A stretch of 58,544 nucleotides of DNA from Candidatus Aenigmatarchaeota archaeon. GTDB lineage: Archaea; Aenigmatarchaeota; Aenigmatarchaeia; CG10238-14; SCSR01. Where the stretch lies: the NCBI GenBank assembly GCA_043818155.1, contig JBDRGB010000011.1, forward strand, positions 1-58,544, read 5' to 3'. Numbering within the stretch: the stretch's first letter is position 1; each line of letters begins with the position of its first letter. Under the pieces are notes generated by a model. It had not been told where the DNA came from, made no database searches, and saw only the letters and a list, made by a program, of their open reading frames with translations. The position numbers and the translations under genes are program-made. Shown piece after piece: positions 43,112-52,004 of the stretch.

Positions 43112-43795
43112 ATGCCGGGCACGAGCGCGAAGGCCGTATCCGAGATAATCTCGATGGTGCTCATAGTCATGATAGGAATGTCGCTCGTCGGCACCGCCTA
43201 CATGTGGGGCATGCCTATGATAACGAAGCGGCAGGACTCCGCGACTTCGGACAGGGCGTACAGCTACTTCAACCGCGACAACTCCAACTCGCTCGCGCGC
43301 AAGCTCGAGTCGGTGGCGAAGAACGGCGGCCAGGAGACGTTCGTGGCGGACGTGGACGGGACGTGGAGCGTGCACGAACACTCGCTTTCAGGCGAGGAGA
43401 ACAACTCGCTCGAGTTCGAGACCTTCAGCAAGGTGTCGAACATAGCAGTGTCCACGGCCACGAACGGCATAGGATGGGTCGCGCTGACCCCGGGCGGCAG
43501 CTGCCCTCCGCGGAAGGGCCTGGTCGGCTTCGACCCGTCGTACGTGGTCTGCGCCAAGGCCGTGCAGCTCGGCGAAGGGTTCAGGATCGTCTACAGGATA
43601 TGGTTCAGGGAGCTCTACAATACGGCCGGCACCAAGGGCTACAAGGTCAGCCTGCTGAAGCACGAGTCCGGCCAGCTGTCGGGCACGGGGCGCACGGTCC
43701 GCGTGTACAACAGCCGCGTCTACCCGTGCTCGCCTCCGGATCCACAATGCAGCAAAACGTTAATTATCACCGAAGTCAAAGTTCTTCTAGTATGA
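43112..43795 (+). CDS. archaeal type IV pilin-like protein (class III signal peptide, Pilin_N/DUF1628-like N-terminus)
   Basis: MPGTSAKA/VSEIISMVLIVMIGMSLVGTAYMW: a short basic leader, K-A at -2/-1, then a hydrophobic helix. The beta-rich remainder has Cys pairs. Confidence 0.65.
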   Translation: MPGTSAKAVSEIISMVLIVMIGMSLVGTAYMWGMPMITKRQDSATSDRAYSYFNRDNSNSLARKLESVAKNGGQETFVADVDGTWSVHEHSLSGEENNSLEFETFSKVSNIAVSTATNGIGWVALTPGGSCPPRKGLVGFDPSYVVCAKAVQLGEGFRIVYRIWFRELYNTAGTKGYKVSLLKHESGQLSGTGRTVRVYNSRVYPCSPPDPQCSKTLIITEVKVLLV

Positions 43796-44268
43796 GCGTT
43801 CCCGAATCGCGGCTGCGACGCGGCATCGGCTTCGGCCTCGGCAGGTCCGGCCAGTCCCAGATAATGCAGTTCATACTGTTCTTCCTCGTAGGCATGACGC
43901 TGTTCACAGCTGTCGGCAACTTCTTCAGGCTGCAGTCCGAGGCGCTCCAGGTCGAGATATCGAACAGCTCGTTCGAGCTGATAGGGAACTACTTCGCGTC
44001 CGCGGCCGTGGCCTCGGTGGACGGATGCAAGCAGTGCGGGAGCGTGGAGAACACGATGCGCATAAGCGACAGCGTGTTCGGCTACTACCTCCAGATATCG
44101 CTCGGGCCGGGCGGCCTGGCTGTTGCAACCGCGCCGCCCACCGCATCCTTCAGAACATCCGTGAACAACCTCAACGCCAGCGTCTCCTTCATGGAGGGCT
44201 CGGCGCCGTCCATACAACCAATAAATTTAACATACGGCAGAAACCAAAATAGATTAGAGATAAGATGA
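43792..44268 (+). CDS. archaeal type IV pilin-like protein (class III signal peptide)
   Basis: MSVPESRLRRGIGFGLGRSG/QSQIMQFILFFLVGMTLFTAV. The ATG overlaps the upstream stop (ATGA at 43792-43795). It corresponds only to the 3' part of track ORF 43204..44268. Confidence 0.6.
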   Translation: MSVPESRLRRGIGFGLGRSGQSQIMQFILFFLVGMTLFTAVGNFFRLQSEALQVEISNSSFELIGNYFASAAVASVDGCKQCGSVENTMRISDSVFGYYLQISLGPGGLAVATAPPTASFRTSVNNLNASVSFMEGSAPSIQPINLTYGRNQNRLEIR

Positions 44269-46043
44269 TAGGCAAAAGGATTTTCCGGGACCTGGTGAGG
44301 GGGTACCGGATGCTGAACAGCGGCCGCATCGCGGAATCAATGCCAGCAGCCGCGCTCCAGCCACAACCGCAGCCGCAGCCCGGCCAGCAGCCGCAGATGG
44401 TGGCGCAGCCAGCGCCCCAGCCGCGGCCACGCGGGACGTCGGTGAGGATGAGCGAGCTGAAGGAAGTGGAGGAGGGCGTGGACATACCCGAGTTCGTCTA
44501 CTCGAAGGTGCGGCTGGGCGAGATGAAGCCGGAGGAGGCGAAGGTCGCGCCGATAGTGTACCCGCTGATACCGGCGAAGCCGCGCAAGGGCGAGCCGGTG
44601 TTCGCGTACGCGAAGATAGCGTGGGACAACAGGGCGCACAAGTACGTGTACACGCTCGTGGAGCCCGAGCTGCCGGAAAAGCTGAAGCAGATACTCGCGC
44701 GCATCAAGGACCTGCTCGAGCAGAGGCTGGACGTCGACTTCTCGAAGCTGAAGCGCTTCGAGGCGATAGAATACATATCGAAGCAGACGAACGAGCTGAT
44801 AGAGTACTTCGACTTCCGCGTAAACGACTACGAGAAGAAGGTGCTGCGCTACTACATAGACCGCGACTTCATGGGCCTCGGCAGGATAGAGCCGCTCATG
44901 AAGGACGACAACATAGAGGACATAAGCTGCGACGGCGTCGGCATACCGATATTCATCTTCCACCGCAACCCGAGGCTCGGGTCCACGATCACGAACGTGG
45001 AGTACGGGAACGCGGAGGAGCTCGACTCGTTCATCACGCGGCTCGCGCAGCTGTGCGGCAAGAGCCTTAGCGTGGCCGAGCCGCTCGTGGACGGCGGCCT
45101 TCCTGACGGGAGCCGCCTGCAGGCAACGCTCGCCACGGACATCGCGCGCCGCGGGAGCAACTTCACCATACGCAAGTTCACGAAGGAGCCGCTCACGCCC
45201 ATACACCTTCTAATCAACGGCACGCTCGACGTGCGTTCGCTCGCATACCTGTGGTTCACGGTCGACTACGGCTCGAGCATGCTGGTGTGCGGCGGGACCG
45301 CGTCCGGCAAGACCACGCTGCTGAACGTGCTATCGCTCTTCATACGCCCGGATAAGAAGATAGTCTCGATAGAGGACACGGCCGAGCTGCAGCTGCCTCA
45401 TCCGCACTGGATACCGACCGTCGCGCGCACGTCCGTCTCGGCCGTGGGCTCGAAGGAGCGCGGGGAGGTCGACATGTTCGACCTGCTGAAGGAGAGCTTC
45501 CGCCAGCGGCCGGACTATATCATCGTCGGCGAGGTCCGTGGACAGGAGGCGTACATACTCTTCCAGCAGATGGCGACCGGGCACCCGTCGCTCGCCACAA
45601 TACACGCGGAGAATATGCCGAAGCTCATGGACAGGCTGACAACCCCGCCGATATCGCTGCCGCCGGGCCTGATCGGCAGCCTGGACCTGATGGTGTTCAT
45701 GGCGCGCATGAAGTACAGGGACAAGTTCGTGCGACGCGTGACCGAGGTCGTGGAGATGGTCGAGTACGACACCGAGCACGACGAGCCGGTCGTCAACCGC
45801 GTGATGAAGTGGAACTCCGAGAACGACAAGTTCGACACGAGCAAGAGCGTGCTGCTGAAGAAGATAGTATCCCGCACGGGCATGAAGGAGAAGGACATCG
45901 TCGACGAGCTCGAACGCAGGATGGTCATACTCAACTGGCTGAAGGAGCACAACGTGCTGAACTACCAGGACGTGAACAAAGTGATCAACATGTACTACAA
46001 TTATCCGCAGCGCACGATATCCATGATAATGGAGCGCGTGTAG
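44265..46043 (+). CDS. type II/IV secretion-family ATPase (FlaI/PilB/GspE-like pilus assembly ATPase)
   Basis: Walker A CGGTASGKTTLLN, the IVSIEDTAELQL Asp-box region, Walker B PDYIIVGEVRGQEA and His box ATGHPSLATIHA. The ATG overlaps the upstream stop (ATGA at 44265-44268). Confidence 0.88.
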   Translation: MIGKRIFRDLVRGYRMLNSGRIAESMPAAALQPQPQPQPGQQPQMVAQPAPQPRPRGTSVRMSELKEVEEGVDIPEFVYSKVRLGEMKPEEAKVAPIVYPLIPAKPRKGEPVFAYAKIAWDNRAHKYVYTLVEPELPEKLKQILARIKDLLEQRLDVDFSKLKRFEAIEYISKQTNELIEYFDFRVNDYEKKVLRYYIDRDFMGLGRIEPLMKDDNIEDISCDGVGIPIFIFHRNPRLGSTITNVEYGNAEELDSFITRLAQLCGKSLSVAEPLVDGGLPDGSRLQATLATDIARRGSNFTIRKFTKEPLTPIHLLINGTLDVRSLAYLWFTVDYGSSMLVCGGTASGKTTLLNVLSLFIRPDKKIVSIEDTAELQLPHPHWIPTVARTSVSAVGSKERGEVDMFDLLKESFRQRPDYIIVGEVRGQEAYILFQQMATGHPSLATIHAENMPKLMDRLTTPPISLPPGLIGSLDLMVFMARMKYRDKFVRRVTEVVEMVEYDTEHDEPVVNRVMKWNSENDKFDTSKSVLLKKIVSRTGMKEKDIVDELERRMVILNWLKEHNVLNYQDVNKVINMYYNYPQRTISMIMERV

Positions 46044-46121
46044 AACGCGTCGTGGGTCGTGCAGGATGCAGCGTACAGATGCGCGCGCGGCGCGGGTTTT
46101 GCAGGCCGGGACGGTGCGAGA

Positions 46122-46997
46122 ATGGGGTTTTACAGCAAGATTTCGTTCAGGTACTTCAGCCAGTTCAGCGAGAGCATAGCCGACTACTTCGGCGAGGTGA
46201 AGGCGAACCTCAGGCGCGCGAAGATGGGTCTGTCCGTGCAGGAGTACATAAGCATAGCGGTGATGTCGTGCTTCTTGGTGTTCATAGCGCTGTTCCCGGT
46301 GCTGTCGTTCCTGTTCGGGTTCGTGTTCAAGACGTTCCTTTTCAGCTTCATGAGCTCCTTCACGGTGTCGCTCGGCCTGGCCGTGTGGTCGTTCCTTTTC
46401 ATAATGAACTACCCGAGCATAGTCATAGCCGAGAAGACGAGGAAGATAGACAACATACTCGCGTTCGCGCTGCTGTACCTGTCGACCGCAGCCAGCTCGA
46501 AGCTCCCGCTGCACAAGGCGTTCGGCATCTTCGCCAAGTTCAGCGAGTACGGCGAGCTGACGAACGAGGTGAAGGCGATAAACAACGACGTCGAGGTCTT
46601 CGGTCTGGACATCAACACCGCGCTCGAGCGCGCGATAGACCGCTCTCCGTCCAAGGCGTTCAAGGAGACGCTGTGGGGGCTGCTGTCGACGATGCGCTCG
46701 GGCGGGGACGTGGCCGCGTACCTGCGCGAGACCGCGGCGAACAACATGGCCGAGTACAGGCGCAAGCTGTACGAGTTCTCGCACCAGCTGACGATATACA
46801 TAGAGATATACCTCACGACCATAGTGCTGGGCGCGATATTCTTCACGATACTGACGTCCATCATAAGCGGCATCAGCCAGAGCGCGGACACGTCGAACAT
46901 CATAATGCTGCAGTTCTTCCTGATATTCGTCTTCATGCCGCTGGTGTCGGCGCTCTTCATAATAATGATCAAGTCGATAACGCCCGGGGAGGAATGA
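46122..46997 (+). CDS. FlaJ/TadB/TadC-like platform membrane protein, single T2SSF domain (part 1)
   Basis: TM helices flank a cytoplasmic T2SSF-type domain (LPLHKAFGIFAKFSEYGELTNEVKAINNDVEVFGLDINTALERAIDRSPSKAFKETLWGLLSTMRSGGDVAAYL). ATG 46122 follows GGTG; the track start is GTG 46059. Confidence 0.75.
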   Translation: MGFYSKISFRYFSQFSESIADYFGEVKANLRRAKMGLSVQEYISIAVMSCFLVFIALFPVLSFLFGFVFKTFLFSFMSSFTVSLGLAVWSFLFIMNYPSIVIAEKTRKIDNILAFALLYLSTAASSKLPLHKAFGIFAKFSEYGELTNEVKAINNDVEVFGLDINTALERAIDRSPSKAFKETLWGLLSTMRSGGDVAAYLRETAANNMAEYRRKLYEFSHQLTIYIEIYLTTIVLGAIFFTILTSIISGISQSADTSNIIMLQFFLIFVFMPLVSALFIIMIKSITPGEE

Positions 46998-47012
46998 GGG
47001 AGGAATGGCATA

Positions 47013-48065
47013 ATGGCGGACATGAAACGACGCAAAGAGGCCGAGACGATGCGCGGGCAGCGGAAGCGCGCCGAGGAGCAGGAACTGACCAGGCGCTCCA
47101 CGATGAAGACGCTGCTCAGGCTGGTGAGGCTGGAGGACGTGCCCGAGGAGGGCAAGGTGCTCGCGATAACTGTAATCACGTCGATGGTGCTGCTCACGCT
47201 CGCGTCATTCGCGCGCAACTTCGGAGTGATGGCGAACGCCATACTGATTTCGACGTTCATAATAGCCGTGCCCCAGTTCCTGATGATGTACGACCGCTAC
47301 CGGGGGATCAAGGAGATGGAGGAGAAGTTCCCGATGTTCCTGCGCGACGTGATCGAGACGCTGCGCTCGGGCATGCCGCTGCACACCGCCATCATATCGG
47401 CTTCCAGCTTCGACTACGGCAAGCTCACGCCCGAGGTGAAGAAGATGGCGGACCAGCTCACGTGGGGCATGGCCATGGACAGGGTGCTGAACCAGTTCGC
47501 GGACCGCGTCCGGCCCAGCAAGCGCCTGTTCACCAGCGTGAAGATAATACAGGAGTCGTACCTGTCCGGCGGGGACGTCGCGTCCACGCTCGACGCGGTC
47601 TCGGACAACGCCGCGCTGCTCGATGAGGCGCAGAAGGAGCGCGGCGCGCTGCTGAACCAGTACGTCATACTCATGTACGCCATATCGCTGATATTCATCG
47701 GCATAGTGGTCGCGATCAACAACCTCATGATACCGATATTCAAGATTTCGGCTGCAACGGCCGGCGGTGCGGTTATGGGCATAGGCAACCCGTGCAGCAC
47801 GTGCTACGGGGCGATGTGCATGGTATGCAACCTGTACAAGGGCACGGCCTCGCTGCTGTTCTCCGTGGACCCCGATAGCATAGGCGCCTACTACATATCG
47901 CTATTCTTCTACATGAGCCTGATACAGTCCGCGTTCTCCGGCCTGGTCGCGGGCCAGATAAGCGAGAACTCGGTAAAGGCCGGCATCAAGCACAGCATGA
48001 TAATGGTCGCGATAACTTTCGGCGCGTTCTACTTTTTGATATACATGGGAGTGATCGGCGCGTAG
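47013..48065 (+). CDS. FlaJ/TadB/TadC-like platform membrane protein, single T2SSF domain (part 2)
   Basis: Second T2SSF-type domain (FPMFLRDVIETLRSGMPLHTAIISASSFDYGKLTPEVKKMADQLTWGMAMDRVLNQFADRV...SGGDVASTL) with flanking TM helices. GGAGG lies upstream of the ATG. Confidence 0.75.
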   Translation: MADMKRRKEAETMRGQRKRAEEQELTRRSTMKTLLRLVRLEDVPEEGKVLAITVITSMVLLTLASFARNFGVMANAILISTFIIAVPQFLMMYDRYRGIKEMEEKFPMFLRDVIETLRSGMPLHTAIISASSFDYGKLTPEVKKMADQLTWGMAMDRVLNQFADRVRPSKRLFTSVKIIQESYLSGGDVASTLDAVSDNAALLDEAQKERGALLNQYVILMYAISLIFIGIVVAINNLMIPIFKISAATAGGAVMGIGNPCSTCYGAMCMVCNLYKGTASLLFSVDPDSIGAYYISLFFYMSLIQSAFSGLVAGQISENSVKAGIKHSMIMVAITFGAFYFLIYMGVIGA

Positions 48066-48102
48066 GAAGCGCGGGGTCGGTGCGAACTGAACGGCGGGCG
48101 AT

Positions 48103-48633
48103 GTGAAGATGGCTGGGTCGAGGTGCGTTTGCAGGGGATTGTTCAACGTCGAGTACCTGACAGTGCTGACGCTCTTCATACTCTTCTCAACGTACTTCAC
48201 CTTCCGCATGATGGAGCAGAAGCCGGCGTACATACGCGAGGTCAGGACAGAGATATTCCGCTCCGAGAGCTACAGGCTGAGCGAGATGCTCGTTAATGAC
48301 GCGGGCGCGCCGGCGAACTGGCAGACGCTCGTGGGGACGGCCGACGAGGGCAGCATAAGGCGCATCGGCCTCTCGGACGAGTCGGAGAACGTTACCAACC
48401 TCCTATCAGAGGTGAAGATTGCGAATATGAGCCAGATGTGCGCCGCCGACTATGCAGCCGTGAAGCGGCTCGTGGGCGCGCAGCACGACTTTTCGCTCGT
48501 GCGCATAGGCTTGGACGGCGTGCCGGAGACGATCTGCAGTCCCGGCGCCGTGGGCGACGTGAAGGCGTCGATAACGAGGCTCGTCGCGTTCGGCGGCGAG
48601 GACTACGGGAAGATGGTCGTCCAGATGTGGTGA
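48103..48633 (+). CDS. pilin-like protein with DUF361-type class III signal peptide
   Basis: MKMAGSRCVCRG/LFNVEYLTVLTLFILFSTYF: R-G at -2/-1, then the xxxxEY motif and a hydrophobic helix. Start is GTG 48103 or ATG 48109. Confidence 0.55.
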   Translation: MKMAGSRCVCRGLFNVEYLTVLTLFILFSTYFTFRMMEQKPAYIREVRTEIFRSESYRLSEMLVNDAGAPANWQTLVGTADEGSIRRIGLSDESENVTNLLSEVKIANMSQMCAADYAAVKRLVGAQHDFSLVRIGLDGVPETICSPGAVGDVKASITRLVAFGGEDYGKMVVQMW

Positions 48634-48634
48634 G

Positions 48635-49990
48635 ATGCGCATGCGATCGAAAGCGAAAGGCGTGGTGAACGTGATAGAGCTGATGATCGTCGTAGTGACG
48701 CTGTTCGTGTCGTTCAGCATATTCTTCCCGGGCAACATCTACAGGAACAAGTGGGACGACGCGTACGGCATGCTCAAGGCACGCGACGCAATGCTGGCGC
48801 TAGAACGCTCCGGGCACCTGCACGAGTACGCATTCTCCGGCACGCAGATGGACGGCTTCCTAGAAAGCCTGTTCTCCGGCTCGAACGTCATAGTCTGGCA
48901 CAGCGTGAGCGGCGGCATAAAGGAGGAGACGAGGATAGCGTGCGACTGCCCGGCCGAGACCGTGGCGTGGCTGAACAACTGGGCGGGCAGCACTGTTCTG
49001 AACAACCGCGACGTCGCAATCACGTTCTGCCAGGCCAGCATAAACCCATCGGAACCATGCTTCGCGAACTCGGACGCGCTACTCGTCTGGAAGTACAAGC
49101 CGCTGCAGCCGTACGAGTCAGCGCTCGCGGACTATGTGTCAATGGGAGGAGGCGTGGTCGAGGTGATGAACTTCACGGAGGAGGCGCAGGTGGACGGCGA
49201 CTCGGTGCAGACGGGCATGTTCGGCCTCGATTGGATAGACTTGGTGAAGGACGATGCGAGCACGTGCGAGTTCTCGAGGACGCCCCGCAGCGCTTCGGAC
49301 ATAATCTACGAGCCGTACAAGTACTTCCACCACGTGCCGATAACCATCACTATAGCCGCGTACGGCCAGACGATAGCCGGCTGCAGCTACAACCCGACCG
49401 GCAACGTCACGCTGGTGCTGAAGAGCAACCCGTACGAGTTCGACACGTGCGGCCCAAGCTCGGTGTTGTTCGACACGCACCTCTTCGCGGAGCGCGATAC
49501 GATATTGGTCGGAGGCTCCGACATCATGCTGAACTACGTCAACAGCGTGTCCAGCGTGAGCGTTTCGTTCAAGGCGGGCTATGTGTTCGAGGACTTCCTC
49601 GGTTACATTGCGCCGCCAGGCACGCCCGACCCGCCGGGAAAGGCCATAGGCATAAATAGGATTGTGCACATCGAGCCGGCGGACGGCAACGCCGACCGCG
49701 TGCTGGTCAGGGCCGTGGCCGGACCAACGAAGTACCCGGCGGTGATACTGAACACGTACGGCTCAGGCAGGACCGCGTGGATGCCCGAGCCAGGCAAGAA
49801 CGGCTACGGCCACGACGAGAAGGCGCTGCTCGCGTCGCTTCTGCTGTGGTCGGCCAACAAGGAAACGTCTTCCGTGAGCTCAGCAATGTCCAGCTTCCGC
49901 GCAGGGTACATGGCGTCGTACATCAACGTGAAGAACTACGACATGTTCGAAATATACAAGCTGAACGTCGGGATTGGATATCCGGTGTAG
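48635..49990 (+). CDS. large pilin-like protein (451 aa) with class III signal peptide and a big C-terminal globular region
   Basis: MRMRSKAKG/VVNVIELMIVVVTLFVSFSIFF resembles type IV pilin N-termini (IELMIVV). The remaining roughly 420 aa is Cys-containing and soluble-looking. The start is 2 nt after the upstream stop. Confidence 0.55.
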   Translation: MRMRSKAKGVVNVIELMIVVVTLFVSFSIFFPGNIYRNKWDDAYGMLKARDAMLALERSGHLHEYAFSGTQMDGFLESLFSGSNVIVWHSVSGGIKEETRIACDCPAETVAWLNNWAGSTVLNNRDVAITFCQASINPSEPCFANSDALLVWKYKPLQPYESALADYVSMGGGVVEVMNFTEEAQVDGDSVQTGMFGLDWIDLVKDDASTCEFSRTPRSASDIIYEPYKYFHHVPITITIAAYGQTIAGCSYNPTGNVTLVLKSNPYEFDTCGPSSVLFDTHLFAERDTILVGGSDIMLNYVNSVSSVSVSFKAGYVFEDFLGYIAPPGTPDPPGKAIGINRIVHIEPADGNADRVLVRAVAGPTKYPAVILNTYGSGRTAWMPEPGKNGYGHDEKALLASLLLWSANKETSSVSSAMSSFRAGYMASYINVKNYDMFEIYKLNVGIGYPV

Positions 49991-50002
49991 GACCGAGTTA
50001 TT

Positions 50003-51880
50003 TTACTTCAGCCTTATGCTCTCGAGGTTGCGCGGTGCGGTAGTCTCGATGCGGAAGAGCTTGTACACGCTCCTCGCTAGGTCCACGGCTCGGCTGGCCT
50101 CGCCGTGCGCCACTATGACTCGGCTCGGCTTGGCTCCCAGGCGGTTGATGAAGCTCAGCAGCTGGTTGCGGTCGCTGTGTCCGGACAGGCCTTCGACAGT
50201 CTGCACCTCCAAGTTGATGTGCACGGTCGCGGTGCGGCCGTTGTCCGCCCGCACGGGCAGCTCCTTCCAACCGCGCTGTATGCGGCGTCCCATTGTGCCC
50301 TCTGCCTGGTACCCTATGAAGAGCAGCATGTTCTTCGGGTCCTCGGCGAGCGCCTTCAGGTGCTCCATCACAGGCCCGCCAACGAGCATGCCCGACGTCG
50401 ACAGTATCACGGCCGGCTTCTCGGTCCAGCTCTTCTCGCGCTCCGCCTGCGAGGCGATGCGCCTGAAAATCTTGCTGAGGAACGGGTCCTCGTTGTTGAA
50501 TATCTTGCGCTGTATGGCGTTGGACATGTACTCCGGGTACGCGGTGAATATTCCCGTAGCGTCCCATATCATGCCGTCGATGAACACGGGGTACTGGAAG
50601 TCGTTGTTCACGAGTATGGCCATCACGTCCTGCGAGCGCTCCACCGAGAACGTGGGCACTATCACGGTGCCCCCGCGCTCCATCGCGCGGTTTATCACTG
50701 CCATCAGCTGCGTCTCGGCTTCCTGCCTGTGCGGCATAATGCACTCCTCCCCGCCGTACGTGGATTCTATGACGAGCGTCTCGAGCCGCTGGAAGTCCGT
50801 GAACGCCGGCTCGAACAGAGTGGTGCGCGCGTACTTCATGTCGCACGCCCAGACTATGTTGTGCATGCCCTCGCCTATGTGCAGGTGCACGAGCGCGCTG
50901 CCGAGTATGTGCCCTGCGTTCTGCAGGGTCAGCCGCACGTCCGGCGCCACGTCCGAGACCTCGCCGTACTCGAGCGGCACAGAATGCTTCACTGCTTCCT
51001 TCACCGCCTTCGCGGTGTACATTGGGTTGACGCCGTTGCGCTGCATGACGTCTATGTAGTCGAGGCACAGCATCGCGAAAAGGTCCACGGTGGGCGTGGT
51101 GCAGTAGAGCGGTCCCTTGTAGCCGTATTCGTACAGGTAAGGCACGACCCCGCAGTGGTCAAGATGCGCGTGCGAGACGATCACGGCATCGAGGTCGTTC
51201 GGGTCGAACTCGCGCGTCTGGAGTATCGGGTACCGCCCGCCGTTAGTGCCGCCGAGGTTCAGGCCGCAGTCCACCAGCACCTTCGACTTGGGCGTCTCGA
51301 CGAGCATGCAGGAGCGGCCGACCTCGCGGAACCCGCCCAGCGCGATGACGCGTATCCAGTCGCGGTTCGTGATGCGCTCGCTGAATATGCTCTTGCCTAT
51401 GTCGTTCAGGAACTTCTTCCTGAACTTCACCTCCTTGTGCAGCACCTTGCGTATGCCCTCGATTATCTCCGATTTGATGGGCGGTATGCGCTCTATGCGC
51501 GGGACCCACATGGTCTCGGAGCGTATCTGGCGGAACGTGTCCCCGCCGCGTCCGATGACCAGGCCGGGCTTCTCGGCGACTATGATGACAAGGCTGCGTT
51601 CCGGCTCGAAATAGATGTCCTTCACCGCCGCCTCCGGCGGCACGATCTCCATTATCCGTTTCTTGGTCGCTTCCTGGTCGTTCGTGAGGTTGCCCTCTGG
51701 CCTGACCTCGATGCGCTTCTTTATCGCGGCCACGACCTCCTTGACCGGGGCCTCGTGCCTCTGGAAGAACTCGCGGCTCTTCGTGTATACGATTATCTCC
51801 GAGCCCTCGAGCTCGACGCGGCTAATCGCGTCCCTAGGGAGCGCGTCCTTCACCTTCTGCAATATCTCAAGTTCTGGCAT
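50003..51880 (-). CDS. fttA: archaeal CPSF1-type beta-CASP ribonuclease with N-terminal KH domains (aCPSF1/FttA)
   Basis: Two KH segments (IGRGGDTFRQI), metallo-beta-lactamase HAHLDHCG, beta-CASP region, and C-terminal GLSGHSDRNQL and VAHGE motifs. Confidence 0.9.
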   Translation of the reverse strand: MPELEILQKVKDALPRDAISRVELEGSEIIVYTKSREFFQRHEAPVKEVVAAIKKRIEVRPEGNLTNDQEATKKRIMEIVPPEAAVKDIYFEPERSLVIIVAEKPGLVIGRGGDTFRQIRSETMWVPRIERIPPIKSEIIEGIRKVLHKEVKFRKKFLNDIGKSIFSERITNRDWIRVIALGGFREVGRSCMLVETPKSKVLVDCGLNLGGTNGGRYPILQTREFDPNDLDAVIVSHAHLDHCGVVPYLYEYGYKGPLYCTTPTVDLFAMLCLDYIDVMQRNGVNPMYTAKAVKEAVKHSVPLEYGEVSDVAPDVRLTLQNAGHILGSALVHLHIGEGMHNIVWACDMKYARTTLFEPAFTDFQRLETLVIESTYGGEECIMPHRQEAETQLMAVINRAMERGGTVIVPTFSVERSQDVMAILVNNDFQYPVFIDGMIWDATGIFTAYPEYMSNAIQRKIFNNEDPFLSKIFRRIASQAEREKSWTEKPAVILSTSGMLVGGPVMEHLKALAEDPKNMLLFIGYQAEGTMGRRIQRGWKELPVRADNGRTATVHINLEVQTVEGLSGHSDRNQLLSFINRLGAKPSRVIVAHGEASRAVDLARSVYKLFRIETTAPRNLESIRLK

Positions 51881-52004
51881 GTGTCATGCACCGTCGCCAA
51901 GGCTGGCAAATTGCGGAATCCCAAAACTCGCAACCGGTTTTCAAATCAAACCACGAAACCGAACCAAACCCAAATGCAAAGACAAAAACGAAACGCAAGG
52001 CGTC

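Noticed and set aside
43204-43791. 5' two-thirds of track ORF 43204..44268
   Set aside because: This part overlaps pilin gene 43112..43795 in another frame and translates to Arg/Gly-rich sequence. Only the portion from ATG 43792 (MSVPESRL..., class III signal peptide) is credible.
45330-47626. 484-aa minus ORF (45330..46784) and 605-aa plus ORF (45809..47626) spanning the ATPase and platform genes
   Set aside because: Shadow or off-frame ORFs. The real frames carry Walker motifs and T2SSF/TM-helix patterns, whereas these translate to Arg/His/Gly-rich junk.
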